Positions 1 to 12,740 of a stretch of DNA of 64,000 bases are shown one piece after another (positions within the stretch are counted from its first letter, which is position 1; every line of letters begins with the position of its first letter). The DNA lies in NCBI GenBank assembly GCA_964016885.1, contig OZ024744.1, forward strand, positions 21,142,001-21,206,000, in the 5' to 3' direction. A program made the translations under genes and the position numbers. The notes beneath the pieces were generated by a model. That model searched no databases, was not told the DNA's origin, and saw only the letters and a list, made by a program, of their open reading frames with translations. The stretch comes from Eledone cirrhosa. Lineage: Eukaryota.

Positions 1-3000
1 AACTCGTTTTAACAACAGTTGAATCTTAAGAACTGACTCGTTTTAACAACAGTTGAATCTTAAGATAAAACTCGTTTTAACAACAGTTGAATCTTATGAA
101 CTAACTCATTTTAACAACAGTTGAATCTTAAGTTAAGAATCGTTTTAACAACAGTTGAATCTTAAGAACTGACTCGTTTTAACGACAGCTGAATCTTAAG
201 ATAAAACTCGTTTTAACAACAGTTGGATCTTAAGAACTGACTCGTTTTAACAACAGTTGAATCTTACGATAAAACTCGTTTTAACAACAGTTGAATCTTA
301 TGAACTAACTCATTTTAACAACAGTTGAATCTTAAGTTAAGACTCGTTTTAACAACAGTTGAATCTTAAGAACTGACTCGTTTTAACAACAGTTGAATCT
401 TAAGACAAAACCCGTTTTAACAACAGTTGAATCTTAAGAACTGACTTGTTCTAACAACAGTTCAGCCTTAAGAACTGACTCGTTTTAACAACAGTTGAAT
501 CTTAAGATAAACCTCGTTTTAACAACAGTTTAATCTTAAGAACTGACTCGTTTTAACAATAGTTGAATCTCAAGAACTGACTCGTTTTAGCAACAGTTGA
601 ATCTTAAGATAACACTCGTTTTCATAACAGTTGAATCTTAAGAACTGTCTCGTTTTAACAACAGTTGAATTTTAAGATAAACCTCGTTTTGACAACAGTT
701 GAATCTTAAGAACTGACTCGTTTTAACAACAGTTAAATCTTAATAACTGACTCGATTTAACAACAGTTGAATGTTAAGATAAAACTCGTTTTAACAATAG
801 TTGAATCTTAAGAACTGACTCGTTTTAACAACAGTTGAATATTAAGATAAAACTCGTTTTAACAACTGTTGAATCTTAAGAACTGACTCGTTTTAACAAC
901 AGCTGAATCTTAAGATAAAACTCGTTTTAACAACAGTTGAATCTTAAGAACTGACTCGTTTTAACAACAGTTGAATCTTAAGAACTGACTCGTTTTAACA
1001 ACAGTTGAATGTTAAGATAAAACTCGTTTTAACAATAGTGGAATCTTAAGAACTGACTCGTTTTAACAACAGTTGAATCTTAAGATAAAACTTGTTTTAA
1101 CAACAGTTGAATCTTAAGAACTGACTCGTTTTAACAACAGCTGAATCTTAAGATAAAACTCGTTTTAACAACAGTTCAAACTTAAGAAATGACTCGTTTT
1201 AACAAAAGTTGAATCTTATGAACTCACTCATTTTAACAACAGTTGAATCTTAAGATAACATTCGTTTTAACAACAGTTGAATCTTAAGAACTGATTCGTT
1301 TTAACAACAGTTGAATCTTAAGATAAAACTCGTTTTAACAACACGTGAATCTTAAGAACGGACTCGTTTTAACAACACCTGAATCTTAAGATAAAACTCG
1401 TTTTAACAACAGTTGAATCTTAAGAACTGATTCGTTTTAACAACAGTTCAAACTTAAGAACTGACTCATTTTAACAACAGTTGAATCTTATGAACTGACT
1501 CATTTTAACAACAGTTGAATCTTAAGATAACATTCGTTTTAACAACAGTTGAATCTTAAGAACTGACTCGTTTTAACAACAGTTGAATCTTAAAGATAAA
1601 ACTCGTGTCGACAACAGTTGAATCTTAAGAACTGACTCGTTTTAACAACAGCTGAATCTTAAGATAAAACCCGTTTTAACAACAGTTGAATCTTAAGATA
1701 AAACTCGTTTTAACAACAGTTGAATCTCAAGAACTGACTCGTTTTAACGACAGCTGAATCTTAAGATAAAACTCGTTTTAACAACAGTTCAAACTTAAGA
1801 AATGACTCGTTTTAACAACAGTTGAATCTTATGAACTGACTCATTTTAACAACAGTTGAATCTTAAGAACTGATTCGTTTTAACAACAGCTGAATCTTAA
1901 GATAAAACTCGTTTTAACAACAGTTGAATCTTAAGAACTGACTCGTTTTAACAACAGCTGAATCTTAAGATAAAACTCGTTTTAACAACAGTTGAATCTT
2001 AAGAACTGACTCGTTTTAACAACAGCTGAATCTTAAGATAAAACTCGTTTTAACAATAGTTGAATCTTAAGATAAAACTCGTTTTAACAACAGTTGAATC
2101 TTAAGAACTGACTCTTTTTAACAACAGTTGAATCTTAAGATAAAACTCGTTTTAACAACAGTTGAATCTTATGAGCTAACTCATTTTAACAACAGTTGAA
2201 TCTTAAGTTAAGACTCGTTTTAACAACAGTTGAATCTTAAGAACTGACTCGTTTTAACAACAGCTGAATCTTAAGATAAAACTCGTTTTAACAACAGTTG
2301 AATCTTAAGAACAGACTCGTTTTAACAACAGCTGAATCTTAAGATAAAATTCGTTTTAACAACAGTTGAATCTTAAGATAAAACTCGTTTTAACAACAGT
2401 TGAATCTTAAGTACTGACTCGTTTTAACAACAGTTGAATCTTAAGATAAAACTCGTTTTAACAACAGTTGAATCTTATGAGCTAACTCATTTTAACAACA
2501 GTTGAATCTTAAGTTAAGACTCGTTTTAACAACAGTTGAATCTTAAGAACTGACTCGTTTTAACGACAGCTGAATCTTAAGACAAAACCCGTTTTAACAA
2601 CAGTTGAATCTTAAGAACTGTCTCGTTTTAACAACAGTTGAATCTTAAGATAAACCTCGTTTTAACAACAGTTTAATCTTAAGAACTGACTCGTTTTAAC
2701 AACAGTTGAATCTTAAGACAAAACTCGTTTTAACAACAGTTGAATCTTAAGAACTGACTTGTTCTAACAACAGTTCAGCCTTAAGAACTGACTCGTTTTA
2801 AAACAGTTGAATCGTTAGAACTGACTCGTTTTAACAACAGTTGAATCTTAAAATAAAACTCGTTTTAACAATAGTTGAATCTCAAGAACTGACTCGTTTT
2901 AGCAACAGTTGAATCTTAAGATAACACTCGTTTTCATAACAGTTGAATCTTAAGAACTGTCTCGTTTTAACAACAGTTGAATTTTAAGATAAACCTCGTT

Positions 3001-6000
3001 TTGACAACAGTTGAATCTTAAGAACTGACTCGTTTTAACAACAATTAAATCTTAATAACTGACTCGTTTTAACAACAGTTGAATGTTAAGATAAAACTCG
3101 TTTTAACAACAGTTGAATCTTAATTACTGACTCGTTTTAACAACAGTTGAATCTTAAGAACTGACTCGTTTTAACGACAGCTGAATCTTAAGATAAAACT
3201 CGTTTTAACAACAGTTGGATCTTAAGAACTGACTCGTTTTAACAACAGTTGAATCTTACGATAAAACTCGTTTTAACAACAGTTGAATCTTATGAACTAA
3301 CTCATTTTAACAACAGTTGAATCTTAAGTTAAGACTCGTTTTAACAACAGTTGAATCTTAAGAACTGACTCGTTTTAACAACAGTTGAATCTTAAGACAA
3401 AACCCGTTTTAACAACAGTTGAATCTTAAGAACTGACTTGTTCTAACAACAGTTCAGCCTTAAGAACTGACTCGTTTTAACAACAGTTGAATCTTAAGAT
3501 AAACCTCGTTTTAACAACAGTTTAATCTTAAGAACTGACTCGTTTTAACAATAGTTGAATCTCAAGAACTGACTCGTTTTAGCAACAGTTGAATCTTAAG
3601 ATAACACTCGTTTTCATAACAGTTGAATCTTAAGAACTGTCTCGTTTTAACAACAGTTGAATTTTAAGATAAACCTCGTTTTGACAACAGTTGAATCTTA
3701 AGAACTGACTCGTTTTAACAACAGTTAAATCTTAATAACTGACTCGATTTAACAACAGTTGAATGTTAAGATAAAACTCGTTTTAACTATAGTTGAATCT
3801 TAAGAACTGACTCGTTTTAACAACAGTTGAATATTAAGATAAAACTCGTTTTAACAACTGTTGAATCTTAAGAACTGACTCGTTTTAACAACAGCTGAAT
3901 CTTAAGATAAAACTCGTTTTAACAACAGTTGAATCTTAAGAAATGACTCGTTTTAACAACAGTTGAATCTTAAGAACTGACTCGTTTTAACAACAGTTGA
4001 ATGTTAAGATAAAACTCGTTTTAACAATAGTGGAATCTTAAGAACTGACTCGTTTTAACAACAGTTGAATCTTAAGATAAAACTTGTTTTAACAACAGTT
4101 GAATCTTAAGAACTGACTCGGTTTAACAACAGCTGAATCTTAAGATAAAACTCGTTTTAACAACAGTTCAAACTTAAGAAATGACTCGTTTTAACAAAAG
4201 TTGAATCTTATGAACTCACTCATTTTAACAACAGTTGAATCTTAAGATAACATTCGTTTTAACAACAGTTGAATCTTAAGAACTGATTCGTTTTAACAAC
4301 AGTTGAATCTTAAGATAAAACTCGTTTTAACAACACGTGAATCTTAAGAACGGACTCGTTTTAACAACACCTGAATCTTAAGATAAAACTCGTTTTAACA
4401 ACAGTTGAATCTTAAGAACTGATTCGTTTTAACAACAGTTCAAACTTAAGAACTGACTCATTTTAACAACAGTTGAATCTTATGAACTGACTCATTTTAA
4501 CAACAGTTGAATCTTAAGATAACATTCGTTTTAACAACAGTTGAATCTTAAGAACTGACTCGTTTTAACAACAGTTGAATCTTAAGATAAAACTCGTTTT
4601 AACAACAGTTGAATCTTAAGAACTGACTCGTTTTAACGACAGCTGAATCTTAAGATAAATCTCGTTTTAACAAGAGTTGAATCTTAAAGATAAAACTCGC
4701 TTTAACAACAGTTGAATCTTAAGAACTGACTCGTTTTAACAACAGTTGAATCTTAAGACAAAACCCGTTTTAACAACAGTTGAATATTAAGAACTGTCTC
4801 GTTTTAACAACAGTTGAATTTTAAGATAAAACTCGTTTTAACAATAGTTGTATCTTAAGAACTGACTCGTTTTAACAACAGTTGAATCTTCAAATAAAAC
4901 TCGTTTTAACAACAGTTGAATCTTAAGAACTGACTCGTTTTAACAACAGTTGAATGTTAAGATAAAACTCGTTTTAACAATAGTGGAATCTTAAGAACTG
5001 ACTCGTTTTAACAACAGTTGAATCTTAAGATAAAACTCGTTTTAACAACAGTTGAATCTTAAGAACTGACTCGTTTTAACGACAGATGAATCTTAAGATA
5101 AAACTCGTTTTAACAACAGTTCAAACTTAAGAAATGACTCGTTTTAACAACAGTTGAATCTTATGAACTGACTCATTTTAACAACAGTTGAATCTTAAGA
5201 ACTGATTCGTTTTAACAACAGTTGAATCTTAAGATAAAACTCGTTTTAACAACAGTTGAATCTTAAGAACTGACTCGTTTTAACAACAGCTGAATCTTAA
5301 GATAAAACTCGTTTTAACAACAGTTGATTCTTAAGAACTGACTCGTTTTAACAACAGCTGAATCTTAAGATAAAACTCGTTTTAACAACAGTTGAATCTT
5401 AAGATAAAACTCGTTTTAACAACAGTTGAATCTTAAGAACTGACTCGTTTTAACAACAGTTGAATCTTAAGATAAAACTCGTTTTAACAACAGTTGAATC
5501 TTATGAACTAACTCATTTTAACAACAGTTGAATCTTAAGTTAAGAATCGTTTTAACAACAGTTGAATCTTAAGAACTGACTCGTTTTAACGACAGCTGAA
5601 TCTTAAGATAAAACTCGTTTTAACAACAGTTGGATCTTAAGAACTGACTCGTTTTAACAACAGTTGAATCTTACGATAAAACTCGTTTTAACAACAGTTG
5701 AATCTTATGAACTAACTCATTTTAACAACAGTTGAATCTTAAGTTAAGACTCGTTTTAACAACAGTTGAATCTTAAGAACTGACTCGTTTTAACAACAGT
5801 TGAATCTTAAGACAAAACCCGTTTTAACAACAGTTGAATCTTAAGAACTGACTTGTTCTAACAACAGTTCAGCCTTAAGAACTGACTCGTTTTAACAACA
5901 GTTGAATCTTAAGATAAACCTCGTTTTAACAACAGTTTAATCTTAAGAACTGACTCGTTTTAACAATAGTTGAATCTCAAGAACTGACTCGTTTTAGCAA

Positions 6001-9000
6001 CAGTTGAATCTTAAGATAACACTCGTTTTCATAACAGTTGAATCTTAAGAACTGTCTCGTTTTAACAACAGTTGAATTTTAAGATAAACCTCGTTTTGAC
6101 AACAGTTGAATCTTAAGAACTGACTCGTTTTAACAACAGTTAAATCTTAATAACTGACTCGATTTAACAACAGTTGAATGTTAAGATAAAACTCGTTTTA
6201 ACAATAGTTGAATCTTAAGAACTGACTCGTTTTAACAACAGTTGAATATTAAGATAAAACTCGTTTTAACAACTGTTGAATCTTAAGAACTGACTCGTTT
6301 TAACAACAGCTGAATCTTAAGATAAAACTCGTTTTAACAACAGTTGAATCTTAAGAACTGACTCGTTTTAACAACAGTTGAATCTTAAGAACTGACTCGT
6401 TTTAACAACAGTTGAATGTTAAGATAAAACTCGTTTTAACAATAGTGGAATCTTAAGAACTGACTCGTTTTAACAACAGTTGAATCTTAAGATAAAACTT
6501 GTTTTAACAACAGTTGAATCTTAAGAACTGACTCGTTTTAACAACAGCTGAATCTTAAGATAAAACTCGTTTTAACAACAGTTCAAACTTAAGAAATGAC
6601 TCGTTTTAACAAAAGTTGAATCTTATGAACTCACTCATTTTAACAACAGTTGAATCTTAAGATAACATTCGTTTTAACAACAGTTGAATCTTAAGAACTG
6701 ATTCGTTTTAACAACAGTTGAATCTTAAGATAAAACTCGATTTAACAACACGTGAATCTTAAGAACGGACTCGTTTTAACAACACCTGAATCTTAAGATA
6801 AAACTCGTTTTAACAACAGTTGAATCTTAAGAACTGATTCGTTTTAACAACAGTTCAAACTTAAGAACTGACTCATTTTAACAACAGTTGAATCTTATGA
6901 ACTGACTCATTTTAACAACAGTTGAATCTTAAGATAACATTCGTTTTAACAACAGTTGAATCTTAAGAACTGACTCGTTTTAACAACAGTTGAATCTTAA
7001 AGATAAAACTCGTGTCGACAACAGTTGAATCTTAAGAACTGACTCGTTTTAACAACAGCTGAATCTTAAGATAAAACTCGTTTTAACAACAGTTGAATCT
7101 TAAGATAAAACTTGTTTTAACAACAGTTGAATCTCAAGAACTGACTCGTTTTAACGACAGCTGAATCTTAAGATAAACCTCGTTTTAACAACAGTTCAAA
7201 CTTAAGAAATGACTCGTTTTAACAACAGTTGAATCTTATGAACTGACTCATTTTAACAACAGTTGAATCTTAAGAACTGATTCGTTTTAACAACAGCTGA
7301 ATCTTAAGATAAAACTCGTTTTAACAACAGTTGAATCTTAATTACTGACTCGTTTTAACAACAGCTGAATCTTAAGAACTGACTCGTTTTAACGACAGCT
7401 GAATCTTAAGATAAAACTCGTTTTAACAACAGTTGGATCTTAAGAACTGACTCGTTTTAACAACAGTTGAATCTTACGATAAAACTCGTTTTAACAACAG
7501 TTGAATCTTATGAACTAACTCATTTTAACAACAGTTGAATCTTAAGTTAAGACTCGTTTTAACAACAGTTGAATCTTAAGAACTGACTCGTTTTAACAAC
7601 AGTTGAATCTTAAGACAAAACCCGTTTTAACAACAGTTGAATCTTAAGAACTGACTTGTTCTAACAACAGTTCAGCCTTAAGAACTGACTCGTTTTAACA
7701 ACAGTTGAATCTTAAGATAAACCTCGTTTTAACAACAGTTTAATCTTAAGAACTGACTCGTTTTAACAATAGTTGAATCTCAAGAACTGACTCGTTTTAG
7801 CAACAGTTGAATCTTAAGATAACACTCGTTTTCATAACAGTTGAATCTTAAGAACTGTCTCGTTTTAACAACAGTTGAATTTTAAGATAAACCTCGTTTT
7901 GACAACAGTTGAATCTTAAGAACTGACTCGTTTTAACAACAGTTAAATCTTAATAACTGACTCGATTTAACAACAGTTGAATGTTAAGATAAAACTCGTT
8001 TTAACAATAGTTGAATCTTAAGAACTGACTCGTTTTAACAACAGTTGAATATTAAGATAAAACTCGTTTTAACAACTGTTGAATCTTAAGAACTGACTCG
8101 TTTTAACAACAGCTGAATCTTAAGATAAAACTCGTTTTAACAACAGTTGAATCTTAAGAAATGACTCGTTTTAACAACAGTTGAATCTTAAGAACTGACT
8201 CGTTTTAACAACAGTTGAATGTTAAGATAAAACTCGTTTTAACAATAGTGGAATCTTAAGAACTGACTCGTTTTAACAACAGTTGAATCTTAAGATAAAA
8301 CTTGTTTTAACAACAGTTGAATCTTAAGAACTGACTCGTTTTAACAACAGCTGAATCTTAAGATAAAACTCGTTTTAACAACAGTTCAAACTTAAGAAAT
8401 GACTCGTTTTAACAAAAGTTGAATCTTATGAACTCACTCATTTTAACAACAGTTGAATCTTAAGATAACATTCGTTTTAACAACAGTTGAATCTTAAGAA
8501 CTGATTCGTTTTAACAACAGTTGAATCTTAAGATAAAACTCGTTTTAACAACACGTGAATCTTAAGAACGGACTCGTTTTAACAACACCTGAATCTTAAG
8601 ATAAAACTCGTTTTAACAACAGTTGAATCTTAAGAACTGATTCGTTTTAACAACAGTTCAAACTTAAGAACTGACTCATTTTAACAACAGTTGAATCTTA
8701 TGAACTGACTCATTTTAACAACAGTTGAATCTTAAGATAACATTCGTTTTAACAACAGTTGAATCTTAAGAACTGACTCGTTTTAACAACAGTTGAATCT
8801 TAAGATAAAACTCGTTTTAACAACAGTTGAATCTTAAGAACTGACTCGTTTTAACGACAGCTGAATCTTAAGATAAATCTCGTTTTAACAAGAGTTGAAT
8901 CTTAAAGATAAAACTCGCTTTAACAACAGTTGAATCTTAAGAACTGACTCGTTTTAACAACAGTTGAATCTTAAGACAAAACCCGTTTTAACAACAGTTG

Positions 9001-12000
9001 AATATTAAGAACTGTCTCGTTTTAACAACAGTTGAATTTTAAGATAAAACTCGTTTTAACAATAGTTGTATCTTAAGAACTGACTCGTTTTAACAACAGT
9101 TGAATCTTCAAATAAAACTCGTTTTAACAACAGTTGAATCTTAAGAACTGACTCGTTTTAACAACAGTTGAATGTTAAGATAAAACTCGTTTTAACAATA
9201 GTGGAATCTTAAGAACTGACTCGTTTTAACAACAGTTGAATCTTAAGATAAAACTCGTTTTAACAACAGTTGAATCTTAAGAACTGACTCGTTTTAACGA
9301 CAGATGAATCTTAAGATAAAACTCGTTTTAACAACAGTTCAAACTTAAGAAATGACTCGTTTTAACAACAGTTGAATCTTATGAACTGACTCATTTTAAC
9401 AACAGTTGAATCTTAAGAACTGATTCGTTTTAACAACAGTTGAATCTTAAGATAAAACTCGTTTTAACAACAGTTGAATCTTAAGAACTGACTCGTTTTA
9501 ACAACAGCTGAATCTTAAGATAAAACTCGTTTTAACAACAGTTGATTCTTAAGAACTGACTCGTTTTAACAACAGCTGAATCTTAAGATAAAACTCGTTT
9601 TAACAACAGTTGAATCTTAAGATAAAACTCGTTTTAACAACAGTTGAATCTTAAGAACTGACTCGTTTTAACAACAGTTGAATCTTAAGATAAAACTCGT
9701 TTTAACAACAGTTGAATCTTATGAACTAACTCATTTTAACAACAGTTGAATCTTAAGTTAAGAATCGTTTTAACAACAGTTGAATCTTAAGAACTGACTC
9801 GTTTTAACGACAGCTGAATCTTAAGATAAAACTCGTTTTAACAACAGTTGGATCTTAAGAACTGACTCGTTTTAACAACAGTTGAATCTTACGATAAAAC
9901 TCGTTTTAACAACAGTTGAATCTTATGAACTAACTCATTTTAACAACAGTTGAATCTTAAGTTAAGACTCGTTTTAACAACAGTTGAATCTTAAGAACTG
10001 ACTCGTTTTAACAACAGTTGAATCTTAAGACAAAACCCGTTTTAACAACAGTTGAATCTTAAGAACTGACTTGTTCTAACAACAGTTCAGCCTTAAGAAC
10101 TGACTCGTTTTAACAACAGTTGAATCTTAAGATAAACCTCGTTTTAACAACAGTTTAATCTTAAGAACTGACTCGTTTTAACAATAGTTGAATCTCAAGA
10201 ACTGACTCGTTTTAGCAACAGTTGAATCTTAAGATAACACTCGTTTTCATAACAGTTGAATCTTAAGAACTGTCTCGTTTTAACAACAGTTGAATTTTAA
10301 GATAAACCTCGTTTTGACAACAGTTGAATCTTAAGAACTGACTCGTTTTAACAACAGTTAAATCTTAATAACTGACTCGATTTAACAACAGTTGAATGTT
10401 AAGATAAAACTCGTTTTAACAATATTTGAATCTTAAGAACTGACTCGTTTTAACAACAGTTGAATATTAAGATAAAACTCGTTTTAACAACTGTTGAATC
10501 TTAAGAACTGACTCGTTTTAACAACAGCTGAATCTTAAGATAAAACTCGTTTTAACAACAGTTGAATCTTAAGAACTGACTCGTTTTAACAACAGTTGAA
10601 TCTTAAGAACTGACTCGTTTTAACAACAGTTGAATGTTAAGATAAAACTCGTTTTAACAATAGTGGAATCTTAAGAACTGACTCGTTTTAACAACAGTTG
10701 AATCTTAAGATAAAACTTGTTTTAACAACAGTTCAGCCTTAAGAACTGACTCGTTTTAACAACAGCTGAATCTTAAGATAAAACTCGTTTTAACAACAGT
10801 TCAAACTTATGAACTCACTCATTTTAACAACAGTTGAATCTTAAGATAACATTCGTTTTAACAACAGTTGAATCTTAAGAACTGATTCGTTTTAACAACA
10901 GTTGAATCTTAAGATAAAACTCGTTTTAACAACACGTGAATCTTAAGAACGGACTCGTTTTAACAACACCTGAATCTTAAGATAAAACTCGTTTTAACAA
11001 CAGTTGAATCTTAAGAACTGATTCGTTTTAACAACAGTTCAAACTTAAGAACTGACTCATTTTAACAACAGTTGAATCTTATGAACTGACTCATTTTAAC
11101 AACAGTTGAATCTTAAGATAACATTCGTTTTAACAACAGTTGAATCTTAAGAACTGACTCGTTTTAACAACAGTTGAATCTTAAAGATAAAACTCGTGTC
11201 GACAACAGTTGAATCTTAAGAACTGACTCGTTTTAACAACAGCTGAATCTTAAGATAAAACTCGTTTTAACAACAGTTGAATCTTAAGATAAAACTTGTT
11301 TTAACAACAGTTGAATCTCAAGAACTGACTCGTTTTAACGACAGCTGAATCTTAAGATAAAACTCGTTTTAACAACAGTTCAAACTTAAGAAATGACTCG
11401 TTTTAACAACAGTTGAATCTTATGAACTGACTCATTTTAACAACAGTTGAATCTTAAGAACTGATTCGTTTTAACAACAGCTGAATCTTAAGATAAAACT
11501 CGTCTTAACAACAGTTGAATCTTAAGAACTGACTCGTTTTAACAACAGCTGAATCTTAAGAACTGACTCGTTTTAACAACAGTTGAATCTTAAGAACTGA
11601 CTCGTTTTAACAACAGCTGAATCTTAAGATAAAACTCGTTTTAACAATAGTTGAATCTTAAGATAAAACTCGTTTTAACAACAGTTGAATCTTAAGAACT
11701 GACTCTTTTTAACAACAGTTGAATCTTAAGATAAAACTCGTTTTAACAACAGTTGAATCTTATGAGCTAACTCATTTTAACAACAGTTGAATCTTAAGTT
11801 AAGACTCGTTTTAACAACAGTTGAATCTTAAGAACTGACTCGTTTTAACAACAGCTGAATCTTAAGATAAAACTCGTTTTAACAACAGTTGAATCTTAAG
11901 AACAGACTCGTTTTAACAACAGCTGAATCTTAAGATAAAATTCGTTTTAACAACAGTTGAATCTTAAGATAAAACTCGTTTTAACAACAGTTGAATCTTA

Positions 12001-12740
12001 AGTACTGACTCGTTTTAACAACAGTTGAATCTTAAGATAAAACTCGTTTTAACAACAGTTGAATCTTATGAGCTAATTCATTTTAACAACAGTTGAATCT
12101 TAAGTTAAGACTCGTTTTAACAACAGTTGAATCTTAAGAACTGACTCGTTTTAACGACAGCTGAATCTTAAGACAAAACCCGTTTTAACAACAGTTGAAT
12201 CTTAAGAACTGTCTCGTTTTAACAACAGTTGAATCTTAAGATAAACCTCGTTTTAACAACAGTTTAATCTTAAGAACTGACTCGTTTTAACAACAGTTGA
12301 ATCTTAAGACAAAACTCGTTTTAACAACAGTTGAATCTTAAGAACTGACTTGTTCTAACAACAGTTCAGCCTTAAGAACTGACTCGTTTTAAAACAGTTG
12401 AATCGTTAGAACTGACTCGTTTTAACAACAGTTGAATCTTAAAATAAAACTCGTTTTAACAATAGTTGAATCTCAAGAACTGACTCGTTTTAGCAACAGT
12501 TGAATCTTAAGATAACACTCGTTTTCATAACAGTTGAATCTTAAGAACTGTCTCGTTTTAACAACAGTTGAATTTTAAGATAAACCTCGTTTTGACAACA
12601 GTTGAATCTTAAGAACTGACTCGTTTTAACAACAATTAAATCTTAATAACTGACTCGTTTTAACAACAGTTGAATGTTAAGATAAAACTCGTTTTAACAA
12701 CAGTTGAATCTTAATTACTGACTCGTTTTAACAACAGTTG
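1..12740 (+). repeat. Higher-order repeat domain 1: P-Q-P-R unit of 5,407 bp, a deleted 4,218-bp copy, and a partial third copy
   Basis: Barcode GGATC lies at 225, 3217, 5632, 7435 and 9850; GTCGAC at 1607, 7014 and 11198; TAAGAATCG at 134, 5541 and 9759; TAATTACTG at 3121, 7339 and 12712. Offsets are 5407 (159x34+1) and 4218 (124x34+2). Confidence 0.9.

Noticed and set aside
40-71. CRISPR array: the type-B unit GTTTTA-ACAACAGTTGAATCTTAAGA-TAAAAC superficially resembles type II CRISPR repeats (GTTTTA...TTGAAT...AAAAC)
   Set aside because: Units are head-to-tail with no unique spacers. The variable segment is about 5 bp with two main alleles, and there is no leader or cas gene.
1462-1468. Transcription-factor motifs: AP-1/GCN4 TGACTCA, E-boxes CAGTTG/CAGCTG/CACGTG, MYB-like CAACTG on the minus strand
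   Set aside because: These are short motifs inherent to the monomer or one mutation away from it. There is no gene context or binding evidence.
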